A stretch of 64,000 bases of DNA, from the NCBI RefSeq assembly GCF_006345805.1, contig NC_043010.1, forward strand, positions 67,146,001 through 67,210,000. The letters are read 5' to 3'. Made by a program: the position numbers and the translations under genes. The DNA is from Octopus sinensis (Eukaryota). Each line of letters starts with the position of its first letter. The first letter of the stretch is position 1. Below the pieces are notes generated by a model. That model ran no database searches. It was not told where the DNA came from and worked only from the letters and a program-made list of their open reading frames with translations. Shown in pieces: positions 36,480 through 49,901 of the stretch.

Positions 36480-39400
36480 TACACACAGCAGCAGCAGTGA
36501 CACCCTCCCCATTAATGTGGGTAATATACAATTGATAGTGTTGCATACTTCACATGACACACATACTTAGTACATCACATGACTCAAATTGATGGTCAGG
36601 TGATCAGTGCTATTTAGCATATGGTTACCAGTTTAATGAAAGGAGCTTAGTCATTCAGTTAGCAGGCTTCCAGGAGTAAGGGGCCCCCTTGCAAACTACA
36701 GCTCTGATTTGTGTAAATATGGTATACTTTACAGAAGGGTTATACTAGGAAACCTAGAATAAACACATATACCAGTCTATAAAAATACTGGAGTTGACTT
36801 CTTCAGTTAAACCTTTCAAAGCAGTGCTCCAGCATGGCCTCAGTCCAATGAATGATAATCACCCATAGTAAATAGCAGCCACAGTTTACTGAGCAAAGGT
36901 GCTCTTATTAGCAGGAAGTTTATCCCTAATACATTCAAGAATATATGCCAAAGAGTTTACAGTAAGAATTATTGTGTCTACTGCATGATTTTTATTCAGC
37001 TGTGGATAATTTCATTTAAGAAAGGTATTAATGACACCTAATCTCACTTCATTTCTCATACAATGAAAGGGATTTATATCTATGCGATCCAAAAGAAAAA
37101 AAAAAGAAAATCAATTGTTCAGAATATGGAAAGCTGTAAAAACAGCTGAATTTACAAAAATACTCTAGACCAGTGTTATTCTCCACCTCCCCCCAAATTT
37201 CGGGCCTTGCGCCTAGAGTAGAAAATGATATTTTATCATGGTTATTTAATACAAAAAATCTACTGGTGACTCTTTTATTAAGGAAAAAAAAAACATCACT
37301 TCAATCCTTTATCATTCAGATTTCTTTGCCAAGGTGTAGGAGTGGCTGTATGGTAAGTAGCTTGCTTATGATCCACATGGTTCCAGGTTCAGTCCCACTG
37401 CGTGGTACCTTGGGCAAGTGTCTTCTACTATAGCCTCGGGCCAACCAAAGCCTTGTGAGTGAGTGGATTTGGTAGATGGAAACTAAAAGAAGCCTGTTGA
37501 ATATATGTATATATTTATATATGTAAATGTGTGTCTGTGTTTGTCCCCCAACATCGCTTAACAACCGATGCTGGTGTGCTTACGTCCCTGTAACTTAGCG
37601 GTTTGGCAAAAGAGACTGACAGAACAAGTACCAGGCTTACAAAGAATAAGTCCTGGGGTCGATTTGCTCGACTAAAGGCGGTGCTCCAGCATGGCCACAG
37701 TCACATGACTGAAACAGGTAAAAGTGAAAGAAGTATAATGCTTATTCATTAACATTTAAAAAAAAAAAAATTAATCTCACATTATCTCATAGCTTTGAGA
37801 TTTGGATGATGTGAATGTTACTTTTAGAACGACATTGTAGGGTGAGTACGAGAGGCTGGATCTGGCCAGTTTGAACTTAAAATAAAGAGAATATTTCGGC
37901 AGGATATGGCTGGTTTTAAAGCCAGAAGGTTAATGTGAACCTTGTGCCTAGTGACTACAGCATCACACGACACCATAATTTTCCTAGGCCCCACATTGGG
38001 AATCACTACTTTAAACAAGATGAACCTCTATGTGGCCACTCAACCTGTTAAAAATAACAGTTAAATCTATTATCTTGGTAAAGAAAGGACACTTTAAATA
38101 ATGCAGTCTTAGACATACATCTTTAATGGTTGGAATGGTCATGTTGGAATGCCTTTGATCACAGGTCTGCTCAATAAAAGATGATCTCGAGCTAAACAGC
38201 AACATTCTGAGACCCCCTTCGGTCACGACACTCACTATGGGATTGCACCTAGAAAGTTACCCTCCCAGGTACAAGTCAGGGCAAGGTTGTTTATGGAAGA
38301 CCAGCAGTCGCCCATGCATACCAGCCTCCCCCTCTCCACGCCACCAGTGTTGTCCAAGGGAAAGGCAACAGCAGATACAGCTTGGCACTTGTGACGTCGC
38401 AACTCATTTCTACAGCTGAGTGAACTGGAGCAACGTGAAATAAAGTGTCTTGCTCAAGAAGACAACATGCAGCCCGGTCCGGGATTCGAGCTCACAACCT
38501 CATGATCGTAAGCTCGATGCTCTAACCACTGACCCATGCACCTTCATGAAACACCAGTAAAACAACATATACATACCACCAACCTCTCTATCCCATCAGG
38601 CTACACACCTGAACACATCCCCTAACATCCTCATTAGACGGGAGTGGTTCAATACAGGGAACAGAAACTGCTTCCAAAAATAATCCACAGGAATGGCTGT
38701 GTGGTAAGAAGCTTGCTTCTCAACCACATGGTTCCGGTTTCAGTCCTGTTGTGTGATACCTCGGGCAAGTGTCTTCTTCTGTAACCTTGGGCCAACCAAA
38801 GCCATGTGAGTGGATTTAGTATATGGAAACTGAAAGAAGCCTATCATATATCTATATACATTATGTGTGTGTGTATCTTTGCCCCCTCCCCACCACCATA
38901 ACCACTTGACAACTGATGCTGGTATGCTTATGTCCCCAAAACTTAGCGGTTCAGTAGATGCTGGGTAGCATCCTCAAGGGACATATCTTGTATCCTTTAC
39001 TTGTTTCAGTCATTAGACTACGGCCGTACTAGAGCACTGCCTTGAAGAATTTTTAGTTGAACAAATCATCTCAGTACTTTTTTTAGAAGCCTGGTGCTTA
39101 TTCTATTGGTCTCTTTTGCTGAACTGTTAAGTTACAGGGACATAAACAAACCAAGACTGGTTGTCAAGCGATGGTGGGGGACACAAACACAGACATACAT
39201 ATACATCAAGCTTCTTTCAGTTTCTATCTACCAAGTCCATTCATAAGGTTTTGGTCAGCCTGAGGCTATAGAAGAAGACATTTGTCCAAGGTGCCAGATC
39301 AAGACTGGAGGCTGGTACAACCATCTGGTTCGTCCTCAGTCAAATCATTCAACCCATATCAGCATGGAAAGCAGACGTTAAACGATGATGATTCACAAAT

Positions 39401-40247
39401 GTGATAGGTTTCAGCATAGTTTCTACCAAGTGAATTATAAAAAGCAGAGAACAAGAGCAAAAATCATAATTTTCACTTCCTGGTTGGGTGATAAGGAGCT
39501 TGCTTCTCAAATGCCTGGTTTCAGGTTCAGTCCTATTGCTGAAAACTTTGAGCAAGTGTTTTCCACTAGTCCCAGACCAACCAAAGACTAAGGAGAGGGT
39601 TTGGTCGACAGAAACTGAAAGAAGTCTGCTGTGTATGCATGTGTGCATATGAGTGTGTATTATGTGTGTGTGCATATGTGAGTATATGTGCACCATCTGA
39701 ACGTGACCAAAGCCAGCACTGCCTTGACTGGCGTCCGTGCTGGTGGCATGTAAAAAGCACCAACCTATTGTGGCCGTTGCCAGCCTCCTCTGGCCACTAT
39801 GCCGGTGGCACATAAAAACTACCCACAACACTCGTAGTGGTTGGCATTAGGAAGGGCATCCAGCTGTAGAAACACTGCCAGATCACACTGGAGCCTGGTG
39901 CAGCCTCCTGGCCTCCCAGACTCTGGTCGAACCTTCCAACCCATGCTAGCATGGAAAACAGACGTTAAATGATGATGATGATGTACACGTGTATATGTGT
40001 GTGTATGGGGAGTCTTTGCCTTGACATAAGGAGATGATAGTAAACAAACATCGCTCTCATACATGTGGTTTCATTTGTTGTCAATCTCCCATGAAAACAT
40101 GTCTGGTCAGAGAGAAATATTACCTTGTTTGAAACAAGTCAGGGTTAGCAACAGGAAGAACATCCAACCATTGGAAATCTATTTCAAGAAACTCCACCTG
40201 ATTCATGTAAGCATGGAAAATGGACCCTAAATGATGATGAAGATATA

Positions 40248-40715
40248 CAGGGTGGCCCCAAAATAGGTTTACAGTTATTCAACTAGCTCTTTCGTATTCA
40301 TATAGGAATTTCAACCGTGTTTCGTGGTCTGCTACCACAACAGCTCCTTTATAGGATCCAGTTAGCTCAAGACATCATCAGGAGGAACCACGTCAGGTTT
40401 CGGCCCCTACTCCTCTACCGTTTTGATGTGGTGGGCCCTCCCCCTTTCGGAGGTGCTTTCAGCTCTGGTGTTGGGTGCATGTCTTCTTTTTCCTTCTTTC
40501 TTCTGTTCCCTGGCCTCTTCGATATAGTGTCAACAAGTGTCAAGTTTAGATCTTAATCATAAAAAAATATGAAACCATCATTCTATGCTAATTTAGTTAA
40601 TTTTGTCAAACACCCTTTTCAGTGTGTAAGACAGAAATTTAAATGTAATAAAATGTTTTAAAAGAAATTTAAAGTGCCTACGTGATAACTGTAAACCTCC
40701 TTTGGGGCCACCCTG
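40248..40715. mobile_element. Tc1/mariner MITE carrying a GC-rich insert
   Basis: TIRs CAGGGTGGCCCCAAA..AGGTTTACAGTTAT with TA flanks. Confidence 0.8.
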
Positions 40716-40736
40716 TATACAAATATACACACACAG

Positions 40737-41120
40737 CATCATTTAATATCCGCTTTCCATGCTGGCATGGGTTAGACAGTTTGACTGGAACTGGTAAGCA
40801 AGAGTGCTGTCCCAGGTTCCAGTCTGGTTTTGGCTTGGTTTCTACGGCTGGATGCCCTTCGTAATGCTAACCACTCCGAGAGCGTGTGGGTGCCATTTAC
40901 GTGTCACCAGCATGGGTGCTTTTGTGAGTTGCCAGCAGAGATGCTGTTACATGTCATCGGCATCGGCCTCAACTACAATTCCTCTTGGCATATCGAGTCT
41001 TCTTCTCAAGCACAGCAAATTGTCGAAGGTCAGGATCAATTGTCATCGCCTCCGTCTGATCCCCACAGTTAAAGAGCATGCTTCACCACCTTACCCTATG
41101 TCTTCCTGGGTCTACCTCCT
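40737..41120 (-). mobile_element. RTE LINE 3' end: decayed ORF C-terminus joined to the family C tail
   Basis: The minus strand reads RGRPRKT*GKVVKH (RTE RGRPRKTW motif), then runs directly into the family C core and tail. Confidence 0.7.
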
Positions 41121-41193
41121 TCCCATGCATGTGTGTATGTATGTATGTATATATATCTGTATTTATTTATTTATTTATTTATGTATATATATA

Positions 41194-41226
<33 letters not shown>

Positions 41227-42546
41227 CATCATCATCATCGTTTAACGTCCGCTTTCCATGCTAGCATTGGTTGGACAGTTCAACTGGGGTCTGGGAAGCC
41301 CGAAGGCTGCACCAAGCCAGTCAGATCTGGCGGTGTTTCTACAGCTGGATGCCCTTCCTAACGCCAACCATTCCGTGAGTGTAGTGAGTGCTTTTTATGC
41401 ATATATATAAATGTATGTATATATATGTGCATATATGTATGTATATATATATATATGTGTATAAATGTATGTATATATATGTGTATATCTTATGTGTGTA
41501 TATATATATATAAATGTATATATATGTGTGTGTGTGTGTGTATATAAATGTATGTATATGTGTGTGTGTGTTTGTGTGTATACATATAAATATAAATGTA
41601 TGTATACATATATATATGTGTATATATACATATATATATAAATGTATGTATGTATATATATGTGTGTGTGTGTGTGTATATACATATATATAATCATATG
41701 TATATGTGTGTGTGGTGTGTATATATATATGTATCAGAATTCTTTCAGTTTCTGTCTACCAACTAACTTCATTGACTCCCTTATGTTTTTAAAAGATAGT
41801 ACACTATTATGATTTGAAGGTATTTGGCTGCTGTTTTCAGCAAGTTGACTCATCACACAGAATCACTCTCTGTGTAACTCACCTAGACTGTCTCTCCCTC
41901 TCTCTCGCATTTTCTACAAAATTTGCCCAGTAACAGGACAAAAAGAAACTTCTTTCACACACATATGAGCAAGCAGTACAGCTCGTATGTGTGAATATAT
42001 TGATGAAGATAAAAATAAACTTGTTACGAAACAGGAATCACTGAATCCAAATCTATTAACTCAGAACCACGAGAAAACCTCTCTCTCTCTCACACTCTCT
42101 CCTTTTCCGATAGAGAATTCTGTCTGAAAAAATGTTAGCAATTTTTCCATTTCATTACACCAAAACCAAAACCAACGTATTTATTATAATTTCGAACCGT
42201 ATGTTAGTTAATAATTATAGAATAATTATATTTCCTTCTGGAACAGAATCACCGAGTCAAACAAACTACTGGAATTTATTAAATGGATGTTCTTAATATT
42301 TAAACTCCTGAAGGTGAAGAAGTGGTGGAGACGATGGTAAGGAAAAGAGGGTAGGGGAATTAAGTGGAAGACTAAGTTTCATTCAAAGTATCACCCCTCC
42401 CCCACCATCTCATACTCACATATATATATATACACACGTGTGAATACACACATTTATGAATATGAAGAGGTGGTGTGTGTGTGGCAGTTCAACAGATTTG
42501 AGCTCGCTATGTGTCGAAAATATACACAAATACATAGATAGATACA

Positions 42547-42582
<36 letters not shown>

Positions 42583-42947
42583 AGCTACACACGAATATAT
42601 AATAAGCTTAAAGATTTTAGACTACTAGGCTATAATAGTTCAAATTCAGGGCAGGACACACCCTTTATTAATAAATATAATAATAAAAAGAACACGAGTA
42701 CAACAATACGATGAGTTTACCGACGCCTAATCCGAGTAGTCGAGGTACGACGCGTACGCGCATATATATATATGTGTGTGTGTGTGTGTAGAAGGTTGAA
42801 AAGGAACACACGAGTTGATATATATATATGGAAGAAAAAAGTCAAGACAGAAAATGCTAAAATAATTTTATAAAAAAACATTTCTACCGGTACCGAAATG
42901 TTTTTTTATAAAATTATTTTAGCATTTTCTATCTTGACTTTTTTTCC

Positions 42948-43668
42948 CATACATACATACATATACATACATACATACATACATACATATACATACATAC
43001 ATACATACATATACATACATATATATATACATACATACATACATATACATACATATATATATACATACATACATATACATATATATATACATACATACAT
43101 ATATATATACATACATATACATATATATATACATACATATACATATATATATATACATATACATACATACATATATACATATACATACATACATACATAT
43201 ATACATACATATATATATACATACATACATATATATATACATACATACATACATATACATACATACATACATATATATATACATACATACATACATATAT
43301 AATACATACATACATACATATATATATACATACATACATACATATATATATACATACATACTATATATATACATACATACATACATATATATATCATACA
43401 TACATATATATATACATACATACAACATACATACATATATATATACATACATATATATATACATACATATATATAATACATACATACATATATATATATA
43501 TACATATACATATATATACATACATACATATATATACATACATACATACATAATATATATATATATATATACATACATATATATACATACACACATACAT
43601 ACATATACATACATATATATACATACATACATACACACATACATACACACACACATACACACACACAT

Positions 43669-43705
<37 letters not shown>
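42948..43705. repeat. Long compound (TACA)n/(TA)n microsatellite
   Basis: Direct reading; it is the source of the 274-aa artefactual ORFs. Confidence 0.97.
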
Positions 43706-44218
43706 CATTTGTATGCAAAACTGTATACATTGCACGTGTGCATACTCCAGTCAGTATGTGTGACGGTTGCGCTTACGGTACGGTGTCAAGAGTTGGTATG
43801 GCTAAAATAAGCGATGTGACTAATGCTTATCAGATGACGGGACAAATAATAATAATAATGATAATAATTAATTCCATTATGACAAATAATAATAATAATA
43901 ACAATGACGTTTTTATTACAAATGGAATTATCGTAGTATTGAAGGTTTATATATATATATATATATATAGAAAGATGTGTGGGTGTATTTGAATGTATGC
44001 ATAATTGGCTGTGCATTAGTGTGTGTGTGTGTGTGTGTATGCATTTGAATATATGTATAATTATGCCTGTGCATTAGAGTGAGTGTGTAATGTTCAATGT
44101 GTAAATTATATTAATTAACAGCAATCAAATTTAAATATCATGTTAATCCTTGTGAGTATGCAACAATATTAGTCTGTTATATTGTGTGCTTGTCTATGTA
44201 TGCGTATATATATATATA

Positions 44219-44264
<46 letters not shown>

Positions 44265-44404
44265 CTAGTATTTTAATTCAAGTAGTCTTTTGTGAAAAAC
44301 ACAATCAACATTTTATACACACGGAAATACACACACACACACATACATATATATACACACATACGTGTCAATATTGCGCGACTATACACATTACATACAC
44401 ACGC

Positions 44405-44449
<45 letters not shown>

Positions 44450-44452
<3 letters not shown>

Positions 44453-44750
44453 CGACAAGTATTCCAGTTATTCGATCAACTAATCTATCCTTCCTATTCG
44501 TCGAATTGCCGTGCAAAGTGGTCGAGTACTCCACGGGCATGTGTACTCTTAACGCAACGCTACGGACCGAAATCAGCGTGACACAGTCCTTTGAATTAAC
44601 GCGAACAATCCAAGCAGCGAGCTTCCGCCGAAGGATTGCTTCAGTCGATACGGAAACGTTGCTAAAAGGCACAAGCCCTGGGTGCCACACCATGAGAACG
44701 AAACCGCGAACCCACATTTGTAAAAGGAACCCTTTAACCACCAGGTCATG
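44450..44750 (-). mobile_element. CpG-rich SINE-like element (tRNA-like head at the 44750 end)
   Basis: The minus strand begins TGACCTGGTGGTTAAAGGG...GGTTTCGTTCTC. The overlapping ORFs in the track are incidental. Confidence 0.55.
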
Positions 44751-44810
44751 TCATACGTTTGCGCAAAACATTACAACAGTGTGTGTGCGTCTGTATGTAG
44801 TATGTATGTA

Positions 44811-44862
<52 letters not shown>

Positions 44863-44863
44863 T

Positions 44864-44958
44864 CCTTGTTTTTCCTGATGAGAAGGTGGCATAATGTACC
44901 CCTTGTTCCTTCGAAATTAGGAATATGCAGCCTTCGAAACATATGTCGAAAATAAAGG
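44864..44958 (+). ncRNA. Type I hammerhead ribozyme motif (canonical core)
   Basis: Stem I TTTTC/GAAAA (extended by CCTT/AAGG), CTGATGA 44875-81, stem II GAAGG/CCTTC, GAAA 44936-39, palindromic stem III ACATATGT, GUC cleavage triplet (C44947). Confidence 0.85.
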
Positions 44959-44996
44959 AATTTTGTTAATTCGTCGTTCAACTCCATTCTTTAATT

Positions 44997-45043
<47 letters not shown>

Positions 45044-45309
45044 AAGGAATACTTCAGATATGACACTCTAAATTATAAATCATATGCATGTATGTATTAT
45101 ATGTGTGTGTGTGTGTGTATGTATGAATGCTACACTTTAATTATACAATATTGAATACATATAATTCGAGTTTTTCCGAAAACTTTTAAAACTATTAAAG
45201 CTTGATGCAGAAGGACCATGTACGACAGCTAGAACCGTCTTATTATATAAAACTTAAATGAACATATTTAATTACTAAACGTTTCTAACACGACAGAAAA
45301 GTTTGGAAC

Positions 45310-45358
<49 letters not shown>

Positions 45359-45451
45359 TATATCTACATACATGAATTGAAGTTTTGCATAAAGATAATC
45401 GATACGCCTTCTCATGCGATATCTTTCTGCCTTCACTATTTTTAGCAAAAT

Positions 45452-45501
<50 letters not shown>

Positions 45502-45840
45502 TTATATATGAATTGCAGAAACGTAGGCGTATATATATTACTACTTATGTATACATTCGTTCACACCCCGCCTATTTCTAAGAATCTGCGGATATATATA
45601 TATATATATAACAAGAATTGAACAACAAAAGACACAGATGGGCAGGAACCCTGAAGCTTCCCCCGAAACCAAATCACGGGTCCTGTACACCCTCAGAAGA
45701 CAATCAACGACCATGATAAATAGTAATTATGATGTAAGGATATGATAATATTCGGTGGAATGTGTCACCCACCCCGTAAGAGATTGTCTGTGTGTCTCAG
45801 TACTGTGCGGCGGACACGCAAACAGAGCAAAGAGGAGAAA

Positions 45841-45872
<32 letters not shown>

Positions 45873-46065
45873 AGCGAAAATATAAATATGGGTGGTTTAA
45901 AAAAAGTGTTGATGATATCTTATATGGCTATAGTTACCTTCTGTCGTCTAACCCTAACGAAGGCTGCCACGCCATTCTGTGCCAGCTGTTAAGAGACATC
46001 ATTTTAAAAACAGTCTTGGAAAAACTTACCAGCTTCTCAAACAACACAAAATATCCGAATGGTCG

Positions 46066-46180
46066 ACACCGGAACTGACGTAACGATATTTCACCGGAAA
46101 TCGATTTCCTTTTAAAAACTGTGGTGATTTAATTCCTTCTTCTATCGTGTCATAACATAAAACCGAGCGACTTCCGGTTG
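46066..46180. promoter_or_regulatory. Candidate housekeeping-type (ETS/CRE-rich, CpG-retaining) promoter
   Basis: ACCGGAAC (~46068), TGACGTAA (~46077), ACCGGAAAT (~46093), ATCGAT (~46100) and ACTTCCGGT (46170-78) are clustered in 110 bp. A minus-strand GTAAGT donor lies at 46029. Confidence 0.5.
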
Positions 46181-47084
46181 TAACCAAGGAGAAGTTAACA
46201 TCGCTCCCCGGTTTCGTTCTACGTAATTAGACTTCAGCTCCGATCTTCCCCCTTTTTTTTTTTTGGATTTTGATAATTCCCATTTTTTTTTTTTTTACCT
46301 CATTCAGTCTAGGATTTCTTACAGGAGGAATATGACCCGACCCCTTGTAGTTGTCTGGTGGCTTTTTATTTTAATCAAACATTGAACCCCCGGAAGAATG
46401 AACGGCGAAGTTGACCTCGGCGTAATTTGAACACAACCTAAAGATCTTAACTGTAATCATAGACATTCCCAACCGTGTAAGATCTCATTTTATTTTTAGA
46501 TAGAAAATATCTGCATGTGGTTGTCGAACATGCTAGATATAACAAGCTAATCTCCATTAAATCACACCCAACTAATTCCCTTATAAAAAGACACATTTAA
46601 TAACGCTCTCCTAGATACATGATAAACAAAAACAAAACGACGAGATGGTCACATTCGGAATGCTTACTCAGCCAGGACTTACATGGCGTTAATAACAACA
46701 ACAATCTTTTCTCATTAATCCTTCCTTTCTAAAAGTTAATAGGGTGTTATTTTGAGTGAGACCTGCCTGCTATTTCTTATAGCTTGCTCGACCACCGAAT
46801 GGTTCTTTCTCGTATTAATTATATTAGGTCAAATATATATCTATATGTCAACACGTTTGCAAAAACGGGAAATATTTTATTATCATCGTTGTATGTAATC
46901 ATATAAATATTTCTCTGAGGGTGAGTAACATTTAAATACCACTGTTGGCATGTAGAATGATTGCGCTAATGTTCGTCGATTAGAGTTCCGAGCAAAGTTA
47001 AAACCTCAGCGGGATTTGAACTCATTATCGAAAAAGGTCGCAACTAAAGTACATTTCGTCTGACTATAACGATTCTTTTAACTT

Positions 47085-47162
<78 letters not shown>

Positions 47163-47437
47163 ATTAATTAATAAGGGTGAGAGAATTAGATACTAATTTA
47201 ATAGTATATCTATTCAACACCAAGTGGCCTAGTGCTCCGAGAAACCTGGATTATTATAATATTTATAATATATTATAATATATATATAATATATATAAGA
47301 TTAATCAGCCGAAATTGCGAAGATGATCCGGTTCTTGACTGATGATTGAAGGCTTCGAATGTCCCGTCCGTGTTTTTTGTGTCGTCTTCTGGATGTTTCA
47401 CGTTCTTGTCCCAGTTTGTATATTTTTTTACTTTTAC

Positions 47438-47499
<62 letters not shown>

Positions 47500-47501
47500 C
47501 G

Positions 47502-47698
47502 TGTAAAAACTAACGCTTCCTTTTTCCGAGCTGAGATTCGAAACAGAATCTAAGGATTCTCGCTCGTCTGATCCAATACTGGCCAAACAGGCGCAAAAGG
47601 ATTTTTTCGCGCCTGTTTGACCAGTGGTGGATCAGACGAGCGAGGATCCTTAGATTCGGTTTCGAATCTCAGCTCGGTAAACGGAAGCGTTTTTACAT
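47502..47698. repeat. Fold-back palindromic element (~90-bp arms); single arm at 50558-50648
   Basis: Left and right arms are near-exact reverse complements. Confidence 0.9.
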
Positions 47699-48457
47699 AT
47701 ATACCTAGAGTCCCAACCAAATCTAAAGATGTATACAAACCGTAACAGCAGATAATTCGGTTTTCATTTCTTAACCATTGGAAATAATGAAGGGAACCAG
47801 ACTGAGCTGGCTTTGAAACTGAAACTTTAACTTAATGTGCAACTGGAAGTTCGAAAATGTAGTTGAGATACAAAGGCAGTTTAGGAATGGGCAATCGAAC
47901 AGATCCATCTATGTGACTTTCCATCACTCGAATCACAGATAAGTTTGAAGCGAGTAGAACTGTTCAATTCAAAATGTTCACAAGAAACGGAATACCAGAC
48001 ACCAAAAAAAAAAGAAAGAAGAAATAAATGTGGCAAATGATTTGTGATTTAGGGGTTTCAATATCAAGTGTCCATTGCATTTTGAAGCACTGTCATTGGA
48101 AAAGATTCATTCCAGGAATTGTCCATGCTCTTAGTGAAGAGGAGAGTTTTGCAAATGGTTTTGAGATGTGTACAAGATGTCATAGGCACAGGAGTGGCTT
48201 TGTGGTAAATAGCTTGCTTACCAACCACATGGTTCCGGGTTCAGTCCCACTGTGTGGCACCTTAGGCAAGTGTCTTTTGCTATAGCCTCAGATTGGGGCC
48301 TGGTGCAGCCTCCTGGCTTCCCAGACTCCAGTTGAACCATCCAACCCATGCCAGCATGGAAAATGGACATTAAACGATGATGATGATATATATATATATA
48401 GATAGATAGATAGATAGATACATACAAGGTAGTATCAAAAACTCCCAGGACTAGTTA

Positions 48458-49476
48458 TCTATATATATAAAACTGAGAATGTCTGTATGTGTGCATCACT
48501 AAAACTCAAGAACTACCCAAAAGATTTCATTCAAATTTTACACATGCTTTACTTAGCGTCCGTGCAGTGATATGGGCCCCCAAAATTTTCGACTTCTTGC
48601 CTAATGCGAGCCCTGAGCAATCTCTTATCTCTTACACTGTTTCCGTATTACATGTCAAAAGTGAAACAATAACATTTCTGTTAATACTTTCACTATTAAA
48701 TGGTTTCAATTTCAATTACTTTCATTATGTAGTTATATATATTAGTTTCATTTCTGTTACTTTCAGTATGTATTTATATACACAAGAGGTGAGGACTGAA
48801 ATCCTTATACTTCATTTACTGTATATATCTGTGTGTGTGCATGTATTTATGTATGTATATGTATATATATATATATATGTATATATGCGTATATGTATGT
48901 CTATATATATGTGTATATATATATATTTACATATTTATATATATGTAAAAAGATTCAAGCGAGGTCATTGCCAGTACCAACTGACTGGCCCCCCGTGCCG
49001 GTGGCACGTAAAAAGCACCCACTACACTCTCGGAGTGGTTGGCGTTAGGAAGGGTATCCAGCTGTAGAAACACTGCCAGATCAAGATTGGAGCTTGGCGC
49101 AGCCATCTGGTTCACCAGTCCTCAGTCAAATCGTCCAACCCATGCTAGGATGGAAAGCGGACGTTAAACGATGATGATGATATATATATATATCATCATC
49201 ATCATCGTAGAAAGAAGACTGTCATATATGTGTATATTTGTGTGTCCCAACATTGTTGACAACTGATGTTGCTGTGTTTATGCTCCCATAACTTAGCGGT
49301 TCGGTAAAAGACACTAATAGAATAAGTACTGGGCTTACAAAGAATAAATCCTATGGTCGATTTTTTTTGATCGAAGGTGGTGCTCCAGCATGATTGCAGT
49401 CACATGACTGAAACAAGTAAAACAATAAAAAAACTATGCCATTTTAATCCTGAACAAGGTCGGGTATCTTTGCTAG
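48458..49476 (+). mobile_element. Non-autonomous Helitron
   Basis: 5'-TC and CTAG-3' ends, inserted between A48457 and T49477 with no TSD. The empty site matches the paralogous mariner at 54840-54865. Confidence 0.8.
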
Positions 49477-49665
49477 TGTTTAATAAGAAAATACCTTAAA
49501 TACTTAAGTTTTAACATCATATCCTTCAAAATAGTCCCCTTACACAGTAGTACATTGGTCCTAGCATTCCTGCCATTTGAGAAATCTGGCCTGGAAATTG
49601 TTTTCCATAAGCAAATCAACGATTTTCTGCAATTCACTCTGGATCTTGATAATGGTATTAAAATG

Positions 49666-49901
49666 CTGAAAGGCAGCGAGCTGGCAGAATCATTAGCACG
49701 CTGGGCAAAATGCTTAGCGGTATTTCGTCTGCTGCTATGTTCTGAGTTCAAATTCTGCCGAGGTCGCTTTGCCTTTCATCCTTTCGGGGTCGATAAATTA
49801 AGTACCAGTTTCGCATTGGGGTCGATGTAATCGACTTAATCCGTTTGTCTGTCCTTGTTTGTCCACTCTGTGTTTAGCCCCTTGTGGGTAGTAAAGAAAT
49901 A
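49666..49901 (+). mobile_element. SINE A inserted into a mariner remnant
   Basis: TSD GGTATTAAAATG at 49654-65 and 49902-13. Confidence 0.9.

Noticed and set aside
40322-40390. Minus-strand hammerhead inside the Tc1 MITE insert
   Set aside because: Stem II is out of register and stem I has only two pairs. At best a decayed relic.
40804-41361. 185-aa plus-strand ORF
   Set aside because: Antisense reading of the RTE tail, a microsatellite and a family C repeat.
42898-43743. Long ORFs (134-274 aa) in the track
   Set aside because: Translations of (TACA)n/(TA)n microsatellite. The same applies to the YI/CV/HT-rich ORFs throughout the window.
44365-44955. 196-aa plus-strand ORF
   Set aside because: It is composed of microsatellites plus a SINE-like element.
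47325-47375. Type II hammerhead (GAAA...CTGATGA), also 24265-24305 minus strand
   Set aside because: Core words are present, but stems I and II do not close in register.
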